Source: Deltaproteobacteria bacterium
GTDB taxonomy: Bacteria; Myxococcota; Myxococcia; Myxococcales; 40CM-4-68-19
Direction: 5' to 3'
DNA length: 64,000 nt
NCBI GenBank assembly: GCA_005879315.1
Contig: VBLC01000046.1
Span: forward strand, 132,701 to 196,700
The stretch's first letter is position 1. Every line of letters starts with the position of its first letter. Under the pieces are notes generated by a model. It was not told where the DNA came from. It saw only the letters and a list, made by a program, of their open reading frames with translations, and ran no database searches. Of the stretch, positions 9,462 through 19,196 are shown in pieces. The position numbers were made by a program, and so were the translations under genes.

Positions 9462-10766
9462 ATGCTCCTCTTCCTCATCGCGGCGCTGCACGGCTCGCTC
9501 CATTTCATCGACGACGACTACCCCAAGGCGCTCGCCGAGGCGCGCGCGCAGCACAAGGCCGTCTTCATCGATTTCTGGGCGACCTGGTGCCACAGCTGCC
9601 TTTCCATGCAGCGGTTCGTGCTCAGCGATCCAGGGATGAAGCCGGTGAGCGATGAAGTAGTCTGGCTTTCGATCGAGACCGAAGCGGAGAAGAACCGGCC
9701 GGCGGTGGAGAAGTACCCGCTCGATGGCTGGCCGACTTTCCTCGTCATCGATCCCGATAGCGAGCAGGTGATCGGGCGCTGGCTCGGGTCGAGCAGCGTC
9801 AAGGAGATGCGTGCTTTCGTCGAGGACGGCGCGCGCAAGTACCGGGCGAAGGGAAAGCTCGACGCGGCCGAGGCGGCGCAGCGCGACGGCGATCAGGCGC
9901 GCATCCGCGGAGACCTGAAAGCCGCGGCCGATGCCTATGGAAGGTCGGTGGCGCTGAGCAAGCCAGGCGATGCCCAGCGCTCCGAGCGGTTGACGCTCTA
10001 CGTGAGTGCGCTGCGCAAGCTCGATACGCCGGAGGCGGCGCGCACCTGCGTGGAGTTGGGGCTCAAGGAGGCGCGCAAGCTGGGGAACAGCGCGGTTGCG
10101 CTCGACTTCGTCTCGTACGCCGACAATTGCGGTGAACGATTGCCGAAGGGAGACGCGCTGGCGAGGAAGATGCGGCAGCTCGCCATCGCGCGCATCCGCG
10201 AGGTGCTGCACGAGAAGGACGCGCCGCTCGCCGCCGACGACCGCAGCGACGGGCTCTCCACTCTCGCCCAGATGCTCGACGACGCCGCCAAGCACGAGGA
10301 GGCGGTAGCAGCGATGCGCGAGCGTGCGCGGCTGCTCGAGGCGGCCGCGGCGGCGGCGCCCGATGCGACGATGGCCTCCACCTTCGATCCGCACCGCACC
10401 GACACCTATCTCTACCTGGGCGAGCCGGAAAAAGCCGAGCGGCTCCTCGCCCAGCGCGAGAAGGAGATGAGCGAGGACTACAACCCGCCGGCGCGGCTCG
10501 CGCGCGTCTACTTCGAGGAAAAGAAGCTCGCCGAGGCGGAGGCGGCGGTCGACCGCGCGCTCTCGAAGATGACGCGCGGACAGCGGCGGCTCGGCATCCT
10601 CGGGCTCAAGGCGAAGATCCTCGGCGCCGAGGGCAAGCCGAGCGACGCCGTCGTGCGCGAGCAGCTCGAGGTCTCGCGCGAGCTGCCCAAGACGCAGCGC
10701 AATCCGCAGCTCGAAGCGAAGCTCGAAGAGCAGCTGAGGCGGTCCAAAGGTCAAGCAACTCGCTGA
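9462..10766 (+). CDS. Thioredoxin-domain plus TPR protein
   Basis: IDFWATWCHSC CxxC motif, GWPTF cis-Pro loop, followed by helical TPR-like repeats. Confidence 0.8.
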   Translation: MLLFLIAALHGSLHFIDDDYPKALAEARAQHKAVFIDFWATWCHSCLSMQRFVLSDPGMKPVSDEVVWLSIETEAEKNRPAVEKYPLDGWPTFLVIDPDSEQVIGRWLGSSSVKEMRAFVEDGARKYRAKGKLDAAEAAQRDGDQARIRGDLKAAADAYGRSVALSKPGDAQRSERLTLYVSALRKLDTPEAARTCVELGLKEARKLGNSAVALDFVSYADNCGERLPKGDALARKMRQLAIARIREVLHEKDAPLAADDRSDGLSTLAQMLDDAAKHEEAVAAMRERARLLEAAAAAAPDATMASTFDPHRTDTYLYLGEPEKAERLLAQREKEMSEDYNPPARLARVYFEEKKLAEAEAAVDRALSKMTRGQRRLGILGLKAKILGAEGKPSDAVVREQLEVSRELPKTQRNPQLEAKLEEQLRRSKGQATR

Positions 10767-10799
10767 TCCGCGCAGACCTGCTAATATTCGGCGCCCGTC

Positions 10800-13202
10800 A
10801 TGCCTGCCCCGCAGCCGCCATCGTTGACTGCGCGCATCCTGCGCTTCCGGCGGGTGCGGCAGGGGCTCGCCCTCGCCCTCCTGGCAGCGGTTTCGGTGAG
10901 CGCCGCGTTCCTCCTGCCTCCTTCGCGCTTCACGCCCGCCATCCCCGGCGACGACGCGCTCGGCAAGCCCTTCTCCGGCACGCTGAAGGCGAACCGCGAC
11001 TACGACGTCCTCGATCCCGAGACGACCGCGGAGAAGCGCGACGAGGCCGCCCGCTCCGTCTGGCCCGTCTACGACTTCGACCGCAGCGCTGCCGAAGTGC
11101 TGCAGCGGCGCATCGCCGACGCCTTCGCCCAGGCGCGCGAGGCGCTGGCGCAGTGGAAGCGCAACAACCCCGCCAAGGCGCCGCACCTCGCCTCGCTCAG
11201 GCCCGGGCGCAGGATCGACCGCGAGGTTCTCGAGCTGGTCCTCTCCGGCCGCGACGAGTTCTGGAAGACGCTGCAGGCGGTGATCGACGACGACGAGTAT
11301 CTGGAGCTGGCGCGCAGCGGCTTCGACGCCTCCGTCGAGCACGCTGCCGCGCGCCTGGCCGGGCTCGCCGCGACGGGATTCATCGTCGAAGAGCGTGGGC
11401 TGCTCGCGGCTGACCGCGACCGCGGCGGCATCGCCGTCCGCACGCTGCCCGGTCCGCTCTCGGGCGGACCCTACGGAGCGCCGCTGGCGGAACAGACGGT
11501 GCGCGACATCGATCGCATCAAGGACCTGGCGCGCGCCCGCGCCGAGGTCGAGCGGCTCGCCGCGGAGCAAGTCGGCGAGCTGTCGCTGCCGCTCCGGCAT
11601 GGGGTGGCCCAGCTGGTGCGTCGATCGCTGCGGCCCAACCTCGCCTACAACGAGGGCGAAACGCGCCGCCGCCAGGAAGCGAAGCGGCAGCAGGTCAAGG
11701 ACGTCCTCCTGCAGATCAAGAAGGGCGAGAAGATCATCGGCGACGGCGAGCAGGTGACCAAGACGCACCTGCTCATCTTCCAGGCGCTGCGCGCGGCCGG
11801 CCGCGCTTCCGAGGCCGAACAGGTCCGCTGGGGCGGCGGGCTCTTCGCCGCCCTGGTCTGCGCGGCGGTCTTCGAGTTCGGCCGCCGCAACGTGCGCAAG
11901 TTCCGCCTGCGCAGCCGCGACGTCGTGCTGATGGCAGCGCTGCTCGTCGGCCAGCTCCTGCTCGTGCGCGGCGCGCTGGCCGGCGCCGATGCCTTGCACG
12001 AGCTCGTCCGCGACCAGTTGCCGGTGCGGTTCGCCTTGCCGGTGGCGCAGGCGCTCCCCGCCGCGATCCCTTTCGCCCTCGGCTCGCTGCTGGTCCGATT
12101 CCTTCTCCAGTCGGAGGCGGCGCTCCTCTGGACGGCCGCGTTCGCGCCTCTTTGCGGATTGCTCGCGGGAGGCTCGCTGCAGGTCGCGCTCGCCGCGCTG
12201 GTGGGAGGCATCGTCGCCGCCGACCGCATCGGTCACGCCGGCAGCCGCTCGGCCGTCTTCCGCGCCGGCCTCTTCACCGGCCTCGCCACCGCGGTCGTGC
12301 TCACGGCCTTCTCCATGTTCCAGGGCCGGCTCTGGTCGCTGGACGCTGCCGCCACCGTCGCCGCGGCCGTCCTCGGGGGCGCGATCCTCATGCCGATCCT
12401 GGCGCTGATCCTCGCGGCACTGCTCGAGGCGGTCTTCGGCTACGTCACCGACATCGAGCTGCTCAAGCTGGCCAGCTTCAACCATCCGGTGCTCAAGGAT
12501 CTAATCGTGCAGGCGCCCGGCACGTACCACCACGCCATCCTCATCGGCCAACTGGTCGAAGCAGCGGCGCGCGAGATCGGCGCCAATCCCCTGCTCGCGC
12601 GGGTGGGCGCCTACTATCACGACATCGGCAAGGGCAAGAACCCGCTCTTCTTCGGCGAGAACCAGAAGGGCGAGAACCGGCACGACCAGATCTCGCCGCA
12701 GATCAGCGCGCAGATCATCCAGCGGCACGTGCAGGACGGAATCGAGCTGGCCCGCCAGGCGAAGCTGCCGCGGCAGGTGATCGACTTCATTCCCCAGCAC
12801 CACGGCACGCGCGCCATCGCCTACTTCCTCCACCGCGCCAAGGAGGAGGCCGAGCGGACCGGCGGGCCGCCGCCGGGCGACGGCGACTTCCGTTACGCCG
12901 GACCCAAGCCGCAGACGCGCGAGACGGCGCTGGTGATGATCGCGGACGCGGTGGTGGCCACCGCCCGCAATCTTTCCACCGCCGCGCCGGAGAAATTGCG
13001 CGCGCTGGTCGATCGCGCCATCCAGGCGGTGGTCGCCGAAGGACAGCTCGACGAATGCGAGATCACCCTGCGCGACCTGGAGAGGACCGCGCAGAGCTTC
13101 GCCGCCACGCTGGCGACGCTCTATCGCGCTCCCGCCGACCTGCCGCCCAGCGCGCAGCGGCCGGCGTTGCGCGTGCTCGAGTCCGACGTCAGACGCGCGT
13201 GA
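10800..13202 (+). CDS. 7TM-HD phosphohydrolase (PgpH/YqfF-like cyclic-dinucleotide phosphodiesterase family)
   Basis: Extracellular domain, TM block, APGTYHH, YYHDIGK, QHHGT, FRYAGPKPQ. Confidence 0.92.
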   Translation: MPAPQPPSLTARILRFRRVRQGLALALLAAVSVSAAFLLPPSRFTPAIPGDDALGKPFSGTLKANRDYDVLDPETTAEKRDEAARSVWPVYDFDRSAAEVLQRRIADAFAQAREALAQWKRNNPAKAPHLASLRPGRRIDREVLELVLSGRDEFWKTLQAVIDDDEYLELARSGFDASVEHAAARLAGLAATGFIVEERGLLAADRDRGGIAVRTLPGPLSGGPYGAPLAEQTVRDIDRIKDLARARAEVERLAAEQVGELSLPLRHGVAQLVRRSLRPNLAYNEGETRRRQEAKRQQVKDVLLQIKKGEKIIGDGEQVTKTHLLIFQALRAAGRASEAEQVRWGGGLFAALVCAAVFEFGRRNVRKFRLRSRDVVLMAALLVGQLLLVRGALAGADALHELVRDQLPVRFALPVAQALPAAIPFALGSLLVRFLLQSEAALLWTAAFAPLCGLLAGGSLQVALAALVGGIVAADRIGHAGSRSAVFRAGLFTGLATAVVLTAFSMFQGRLWSLDAAATVAAAVLGGAILMPILALILAALLEAVFGYVTDIELLKLASFNHPVLKDLIVQAPGTYHHAILIGQLVEAAAREIGANPLLARVGAYYHDIGKGKNPLFFGENQKGENRHDQISPQISAQIIQRHVQDGIELARQAKLPRQVIDFIPQHHGTRAIAYFLHRAKEEAERTGGPPPGDGDFRYAGPKPQTRETALVMIADAVVATARNLSTAAPEKLRALVDRAIQAVVAEGQLDECEITLRDLERTAQSFAATLATLYRAPADLPPSAQRPALRVLESDVRRA

Positions 13203-14347
13203 GGCTGTCGCGCAACGTCGTCATCCTCGGTGTCGTCTCGCTCTTGGCCGATGTCTCGAGCGACATGGTGGTGCCGCTTCTTCCCGCCTTTGTCATTTCG
13301 CTGGGAGGAGGCGCGGCGTTCGTCGGCGCCATCGAAGGCGCTGCCGAGGCGACAGCGGCGCTCTTGAAGTACCTCTCCGGCGGGTGGGCCGACAAAGCGC
13401 GCCGCCTCCTGCCGCTGGCGGTGATCGGCTATGCGCTGGCCGGGCTGGCGCGGCCGTTTCTCGCCGTCGCGCGGGCGCCCTGGCAGGTGCTGCTGGTGCG
13501 CAACATCGACCGCGTCGGCAAGGGCGTGCGCACCTCGCCGCGCGACAAGCTCCTTGCCGGCAGCGTCGAGGAAGGGCGGCTCGCGGAAGCGTTCGCCTTC
13601 CACCGGGGCATGGACAACGCCGGAGCCGCCGTCGGGCCGCTGGTCGCTGCGGGGCTCTTGCTGCTCTGGCCCGGCGATCTGCGCCGCGTCTTTCTCTTTG
13701 CGGCCATCCCCGGCGCGCTGGCGGTGCTGGCGCTGTTCGCGGTGCGCGAAGAGGAAGCGCCGCGCAGCGAGGAGCCGGCGGCGGAAGATCATCTTCACGG
13801 TGCGCGCGTGCCGCCTCGGCTCCTCGCCGCGATCGCGCTCTTCACGCTGGGCAACTCCACCGACGCCCTTCTCGTGCTGCGTGCGCAGTCGGTCGGCGTG
13901 GCCACGGTGCACCTGCCCGTGCTCTGGTCGCTGCTCAACGTCACGCGCGCCGTGCTCTCCTGGCCGGCGGGGCGGGCGGCCGACAAGCTCGGCCGGCGCC
14001 GCACCCTCGCTGCCGGATGGCTCTGGTACGCGCTCTGCTATGCCGGCTTTGCCCTGGCGAGCGCGCCGTGGCACGCGTGGGCGCTCTTCGCCGCCTATGG
14101 CCTGGTGGCGGCGCTCAGCGAAGGCACCGAGCGTGCGCTCATCGCCGCAGCCGTCGGGAAGGAGCGCCGGGGTCGCGCGCTCGGGCTCTACAACCTCATC
14201 TCCGGCGCGGGGCTGCTCGTCGCGTCCGTCGTCGCCGGCGTGATCTGGGAACGCGCCTCGCCCGCCGCGGCCTTGCTCACCGGCGCGGCCCTGGCAGCCG
14301 TAGCGGCTGCGCTGCTCGTCGCGGGCTCCGCCAGGCAGGCGGCGTAG
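13199..14347 (+). CDS. MFS transporter
   Basis: GTGA overlap with HD gene stop; NVVILGVVSLLADVSSDM, DRVGKGVRTSPRD, GRAADKLGRRR (MFS motif A); many TM helices. Confidence 0.9.
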   Translation: MRLSRNVVILGVVSLLADVSSDMVVPLLPAFVISLGGGAAFVGAIEGAAEATAALLKYLSGGWADKARRLLPLAVIGYALAGLARPFLAVARAPWQVLLVRNIDRVGKGVRTSPRDKLLAGSVEEGRLAEAFAFHRGMDNAGAAVGPLVAAGLLLLWPGDLRRVFLFAAIPGALAVLALFAVREEEAPRSEEPAAEDHLHGARVPPRLLAAIALFTLGNSTDALLVLRAQSVGVATVHLPVLWSLLNVTRAVLSWPAGRAADKLGRRRTLAAGWLWYALCYAGFALASAPWHAWALFAAYGLVAALSEGTERALIAAAVGKERRGRALGLYNLISGAGLLVASVVAGVIWERASPAAALLTGAALAAVAAALLVAGSARQAA

Positions 14348-14384
14348 GCTTTCGCCGCAGCACCGCTGTGCCCAGCTTTGAGCA

Positions 14385-14864
14385 ATGCGAGTGAAGATGG
14401 GGCGCGTCATCCTGCTCGATTACCTGGTGCGCGTCGGAGACGGTCGTGTGGTCGAGTCGAGCTCGGGCAAGGGGCCGATCGAATACCTGCACGGCGCGAA
14501 CCAGATTCTCCCGGCGCTGGAGCGGGTACTCGAGGGAATGATGGAGGGCGACCAGGCCGCCTTCAGCATCGCGGCGGAGGAGGCGTACGGCTCGCGCCGC
14601 GAGGACAACGTCATCTCGCTGCCGCGCGCTCTCTTTCCCGCTGATGTGAAGCTCGAGCGCGGGCTCTGCCTCTACGCGCGCGCTGCGGGAGGGCAGAGCT
14701 ACCCGATCACCGTGCGGGAAGTGAAGGCCGACATGGTGGTCGTCGATCTCAACCATCCGCTGGCGGGCGAGCGGCTCTTCTTCGAGGTGAACATCCGGGG
14801 CGTGCGGCCCGCCGGGGAGCAGGAAGTGTTTCTGGGGAAGGCCGCGGCCGCCGAGGTCGTGTAA
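14385..14864 (+). CDS. slyD: FKBP-type peptidyl-prolyl isomerase (SlyD-like, no His-rich tail)
   Basis: YLHGANQILPALE, EEAYG, VVDLNHPLAGERLFF. Confidence 0.88.
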   Translation: MRVKMGRVILLDYLVRVGDGRVVESSSGKGPIEYLHGANQILPALERVLEGMMEGDQAAFSIAAEEAYGSRREDNVISLPRALFPADVKLERGLCLYARAAGGQSYPITVREVKADMVVVDLNHPLAGERLFFEVNIRGVRPAGEQEVFLGKAAAAEVV

Positions 14865-14876
14865 ATACAACTGACA

Positions 14877-14997
14877 GACCCGGGCCCGGGTTCGTACACG
14901 CGTGCGGGTAGGGGGACGCCGACGGGTTCGGAAAGAAGTGCCGTGCCCGTAGCCGTCCCCGTCCCCGTGAACGTAAACGCACCCGGACCCGGGCCCG
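14877..14997. repeat. Imperfect palindromic REP-like element between convergent genes
   Basis: CGGGCCCGGGT 14881-14891 is the exact reverse complement of ACCCGGGCCCG 14987-14997; interior has roughly 6-nt periodic CCGT/ACGG units. Confidence 0.6.
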
Positions 14998-15001
14998 TTT
15001 T

Positions 15002-17236
15002 TCAGCGTAGCAGTTCGAGCCATCGTCTCGCTTCGATTGCGCGTCCGGGGGGCGCGTCTTTTCCCAGCGCCAAGAACGCCTCTCTCGCCATGGCGTCGTT
15101 GCCGAGGTGCCACGCCGCGATTCCCTTCATCCGCAGCGCCTCCTCGATGAACCTGGCGTCGGGCAGCTCGCGCGACAGCGCGCTCTCGGCGAAGCGCAAG
15201 CATTCCTGCCATGCGCCGCGGTTCTGCATCTGCTTGGCGATGAGGTAGGCGGCGAGCCCGTCGCGCGGTCGGGCCGCGTCCAGCTCGCGCAGCGCGAGGA
15301 CGACCTCGGGGCCGGTGTTACCCTCTGCGAAGAGGGACCGCAGCGCCGGCCAGGTAACCCGATCGCGGACCGCGCGGAGCCGCACCGTCAGCGACCGCTC
15401 GGCGGCCTCGGTCTGCGGTAGCCGGGCCGCCTCTTCGTAGCGCGCGATCGCCTGCGGGACATCGCTCGCCTTCCACGCCGCATCGCCCGCCTGGACCAGC
15501 ACCTGCGCCCGCAGCGGAGCGGAGATCTTGGGATGCGACAGCGCCTTGGCCTCCGTCTGCTGCGCGCGGGCGCTCTCTCCCGCGGCGATCTGCGCACGCG
15601 CCAGCTGCAGGAGCAGCGCCGGATCGTCCGGCTCCATCTCGGCACAGCGGCTCCACAGCCCCGCGGCCGCGAGCACTTCCCCGCGTTGCACCGCCGCCAG
15701 AGCCTCGCGCTGCAGTCCGGCCACCTCGTGCGCGCAACGTTTGCGGACGATCGCCGGCGCCGAGTATCGCTGCGAAGCCAGCGCCACCGCGCGCTCCGGC
15801 TCGTGCAGCGAGTCGAGGAATCTGCCGTGCTCTTCCGCGAGCGCGCCCAGATCGCCGAGCGAGTCGGAGCGGTACGCCTGCCGCACGAACGCCGGACCGC
15901 GCGTCTCCCACAGCCAACGGACGAACGAGCCCGCCGTGGTGTACGCCCGCGCTCCCGACTCGGCGTAGAAAAGGCCAGGCTGGAAGAGCCGCTGCACCTG
16001 GGGCATGAGATGGAGGTCGCGCAGCGCGCGCGCCTCCTCATGCACCGTGAATTCTCCCGCCGGCCAGTCGCCCGCCACCGCCAGGCCCTCGATGAGCGCC
16101 ATGTCGGGGACGAGCCCGCGCAGCGATCCCGGAACGCCCCAGGGCCCGCGCGCGATGTCCGCCGCGAGTGCGTGGACCAGCTCATGGCGCAGGATCGGAT
16201 GCGGCGCGGGCGCGTCGTTGGTGTGGATCTGCCGTAGCCACGGCTTGGTGAAGCTGGTCTCGGCCGCGCCGAGCAGCCGGCGCTTCTCGTCGGCCGAGCG
16301 GTAGAAGTAGACGTCGACCTTTCCGCCCTCGCCTCCTTCGCCGAGAAAATCGCGCGCCGCGAGATAGGACGCCTCGGCATCGCGCCCGAGAAGCGCCTGC
16401 TCCGCCGGCGCCTTCTCGCGCGGGAAGTGGAGCACCAGGTGCCCGGTCTCGAGCCGTCCGCCCAGCTCCGCATCGAGGAGAGATGCGCTCGCCTTCCAAT
16501 GAAGGGCTTGCGCCTGCAGCGATAGCCAGAGAGCGCCGACGGCGCAGAGCAAGAGGGGCACTGCAGAACGCCGCTGCCCATTGGCGACAAGAGCGACGCC
16601 GATGGCTGCGCCGGCATAGAGCAGCGTCGCTCCGCGAAAGATCCAGAGCGCGCTCGAGGGCCGGATGGCCTCGTCGTAGAGCGGTCCCGGGTACATTCCG
16701 CCCAGATGGTCGAAGACGAAGACCTGCGGCCCGCGCAGGACCGGCCAAAGCGAAACGGCGAGCGCTGCGACGAAGATCGCCGCGACCGCGAGCCCCTCGC
16801 GGCGCGGCCAGAGAAAACCGCAGGCGACTCCGACCGCAGCCGAAAGCGCTCCGCTGGGGAGGGCCAGCGCTGCGTAGAGGGCCAATCCGCCGAGCGGCTC
16901 GCATGCCGGCCTGCGCAAGCCGTTGAGCAGGATGACGAGCACTGGAACGGCGAGCGCGCAAAGCCCAAAGCAAAGCGCGCGCCGCGCCGCTCGCGCCGGG
17001 GACGGTGCGGCGAGCTCGCGCTCCATGCGCGCCGCCGCCACTCCCGGCGCCGCGCCGAAGAGGCCGGCCGCGAGCGCGACGAGCTCGCTCAGCTCGTAGC
17101 CGAGATGATCGGCGAGCGGCAGAAAGCAGGCGACGAGCGCGAGGAGAAAGAGCGCGAAGAGATAGAGCCGCGGTCCGCGCCGCTGCCACAGCGCGCTTGC
17201 CCCCTCGGGCCACGTGCTGTCAGACTGAACGCGCAT
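15002..17236 (-). CDS. Membrane-anchored gluzincin-type metallopeptidase-like protein with C-terminal TPRs
   Basis: N-terminal TM helices; ILRHELVH (HExxH) plus downstream EGLAVA; TPR-like tail; start uncertain. Confidence 0.75.
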   Translation of the reverse strand: MRVQSDSTWPEGASALWQRRGPRLYLFALFLLALVACFLPLADHLGYELSELVALAAGLFGAAPGVAAARMERELAAPSPARAARRALCFGLCALAVPVLVILLNGLRRPACEPLGGLALYAALALPSGALSAAVGVACGFLWPRREGLAVAAIFVAALAVSLWPVLRGPQVFVFDHLGGMYPGPLYDEAIRPSSALWIFRGATLLYAGAAIGVALVANGQRRSAVPLLLCAVGALWLSLQAQALHWKASASLLDAELGGRLETGHLVLHFPREKAPAEQALLGRDAEASYLAARDFLGEGGEGGKVDVYFYRSADEKRRLLGAAETSFTKPWLRQIHTNDAPAPHPILRHELVHALAADIARGPWGVPGSLRGLVPDMALIEGLAVAGDWPAGEFTVHEEARALRDLHLMPQVQRLFQPGLFYAESGARAYTTAGSFVRWLWETRGPAFVRQAYRSDSLGDLGALAEEHGRFLDSLHEPERAVALASQRYSAPAIVRKRCAHEVAGLQREALAAVQRGEVLAAAGLWSRCAEMEPDDPALLLQLARAQIAAGESARAQQTEAKALSHPKISAPLRAQVLVQAGDAAWKASDVPQAIARYEEAARLPQTEAAERSLTVRLRAVRDRVTWPALRSLFAEGNTGPEVVLALRELDAARPRDGLAAYLIAKQMQNRGAWQECLRFAESALSRELPDARFIEEALRMKGIAAWHLGNDAMAREAFLALGKDAPPGRAIEARRWLELLR

Positions 17237-17624
17237 GGCGCCTCCCGACGACCTCCGCAAGAGCCCGCGCGCTCCCATCCGCTTGCGCGTCGATTACGAG
17301 CGGATGAACTCCTTCTTCGCCGACTACACCGCCAACATCTCCAAGGGCGGCACTTTCATCAAGACCGAGCGGCCGCTGCCCATCGGCACGCGCTGCCTGT
17401 TCTCCTTTTCCCTTCCCGCGCTCTCCGAGCCGCTGCAGCTCGAGGGCGAAGTGAGCTGGATCCTCCCGCCCGAGACGGCGCGGGAGCGGGGCGAGAACCC
17501 CGGGATGGGCGTGCGCTTCCTCTTCTCCGAACGCGCCGCGCAGCGCGAGTTCGAGGATCTGGTCGAGCGGATGATGGAGCAGAGCCTGGGCGAAGAAGTC
17601 GCGCAAGGCTTGCTCGAGCGCTGA
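17235..17624 (+). CDS. PilZ-domain protein (TIGR02266 myxobacterial family)
   Basis: RKSPR (RxxxR), NISKGGTFI, GMGVRF. Confidence 0.9.
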   Translation: MAPPDDLRKSPRAPIRLRVDYERMNSFFADYTANISKGGTFIKTERPLPIGTRCLFSFSLPALSEPLQLEGEVSWILPPETARERGENPGMGVRFLFSERAAQREFEDLVERMMEQSLGEEVAQGLLER

Positions 17625-17626
17625 GG

Positions 17627-18070
17627 TCACTCGGGGATGTCGATGAACACCGCGCGGGTCCCCGGCCCGACGGCGTGCGCGGCGGCCTCGCCTCCGCCGA
17701 CCTCGACGACATAGCGGGAGGGCTTCTTCACGGTGCGGACGATGTCGGTGCGCGGCTCGGCGCGCTCGACGACCCCGACGACGGTGCGGTCCTCGCCGAG
17801 AAAGATCATGTCGAGCGAGAGGAGCGTGTTGTGCATCCAGAAGCCGTGCTCGGCGGTGGCGGGGAAGAGGAAGATCATGCCGCGGTCCTGCGGCAGATCG
17901 CGGCGGAACATCAGCCCGCGCTCGCGATCCGCGCCGTTGGCGGCGATCTCCACCTTCACGATCCAGGGCCCGCGCGGCGTCTCGAAGCGCACCGAGCCAA
18001 CCCGCAGCTCCGTTTTCTCCGCGGCCTGGCTGTGGCAGGCGAGAAGAAGAAGGAAAAGGGCACGCCGCAT
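17627..18070 (-). CDS. DUF192 family lipoprotein
   Basis: Lipobox LLAC; RERGLMFR...GMIFLF...FWMHNTLLSLDMIF. Confidence 0.9.
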   Translation of the reverse strand: MRRALFLLLLACHSQAAEKTELRVGSVRFETPRGPWIVKVEIAANGADRERGLMFRRDLPQDRGMIFLFPATAEHGFWMHNTLLSLDMIFLGEDRTVVGVVERAEPRTDIVRTVKKPSRYVVEVGGGEAAAHAVGPGTRAVFIDIPE

Positions 18071-18079
18071 GGGCGACCG

Positions 18080-18463
18080 TTATCGCGCCGTCCTCACGCA
18101 ATACCAACTGGAATTCACCTGGCCGAAGAGCTGCGAATACTTGTCCGGCGGAAGCCGCTGCTTCATCGCATCGAGGTATGCCGAGCTCAAGTTGAGCTGC
18201 GAACAGGTCATGCCCGCGGGACAGCTCGCGCCGGCTCCGGCGCAGGACTGCGAGCAGTAGCCGCTATTGAATCCCGGCGTGGCGAGGCAGGCAAAGCTCT
18301 CGCACTCGCTCGATCCCAGATAGAGGTACTCGCGCCCCGGCTGCGGTTGCAGCTCGCCGCCGTTGATGTCCTGGACGTGACAGGGCGCACCCAGATCGCT
18401 CCGCGCGCACGCTCCGGCAAGCAAGAGAAGTGTCAGGCGCGCGACGGTTCGGAACCCCTTCAT
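18080..18463 (-). CDS. cglC: Gliding lipoprotein CglC/GltK-like
   Basis: Lipobox AGAC; Cys pattern GAPC..ECESFAC..GYCSQSC..MTC..FG...WYC; divergent from the beta-barrel genes. Confidence 0.75.
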   Translation of the reverse strand: MKGFRTVARLTLLLLAGACARSDLGAPCHVQDINGGELQPQPGREYLYLGSSECESFACLATPGFNSGYCSQSCAGAGASCPAGMTCSQLNLSSAYLDAMKQRLPPDKYSQLFGQVNSSWYCVRTAR

Positions 18464-18542
18464 GCGGGTGGAAAGTTGGTTCTCAGCCCCCCTTCCGCAA
18501 GGGGTTGCCCGCCTGGCGACCGGCTCCCATGTTTGCGGCGCC

Positions 18543-19196
18543 ATGCGCCTGCTGCCGCTCTGCATCATCGCCCTCCTTGCTACTCCTCTGCGAGCCGAGG
18601 GCCCGCCGGAGGCCGCGGACACCGTCACCGCCGTCCAAAAGAGGCCCCTGCGGCAGGCGAAGCGGCTGGAGATCCTGCCCTACGGCGCAATGAGCATCGG
18701 CGATCCGTATCTACAGCGCTGGGGCGCCGGCCTGCGTGCGATGTATCACCTCCGCGAGGGCCTCTCGCTCGGCCTGGACGCGACCGGCCTGGGCACCTGG
18801 GCGACCGAGGATTTCGTCATCGCCAAGCGCGAGCTGCATGCTCGCATCGTCGATTCGCGGCAGCGCGCATCGCTCGCGGCCGTCGTCTCGATCGCGCCGC
18901 TCTACGGAAAAGTGGCGCTGCCGGGCGATGCCCTGGTGCATTTCGAAACCTTCGCCGACGCCGGCCTGGGCGCCGCCGTCACCGAGACCGACGCCACCCG
19001 GGGCGTCCGGCCGCTGGTGACCGCCGGCATCGGCCAGCGCATCTTCCTCAGCGAGAGTTTCGCGCTCACCGCTCGGGTGGGCGGCAATCTCTACGCCGAA
19101 CGCGTCAAGGTGCCCGACGGCACCCTCACCAAGGCGATGGGCTTCTGGAGCATCGCCCTGGGCATTTCGTTCTATCTCCCCGGCGGTGAGCGATGA
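18543..19196 (+). CDS. Outer-membrane beta-barrel protein (GltA/GltB, TIGR04565-like)
   Basis: Signal peptide; AVQKRPL, PLYGK..L...HFE motif; C-terminal aromatic strand. Confidence 0.8.
   Translation: MRLLPLCIIALLATPLRAEGPPEAADTVTAVQKRPLRQAKRLEILPYGAMSIGDPYLQRWGAGLRAMYHLREGLSLGLDATGLGTWATEDFVIAKRELHARIVDSRQRASLAAVVSIAPLYGKVALPGDALVHFETFADAGLGAAVTETDATRGVRPLVTAGIGQRIFLSESFALTARVGGNLYAERVKVPDGTLTKAMGFWSIALGISFYLPGGER

Noticed and set aside
8448-12485. 1345-aa minus-strand ORF
   Set aside because: Shadow of phoH, thioredoxin-TPR and HD genes
14877-14997. CRISPR array
   Set aside because: No regularly spaced 23-47 bp repeats with unique spacers and no cas genes seen in the window
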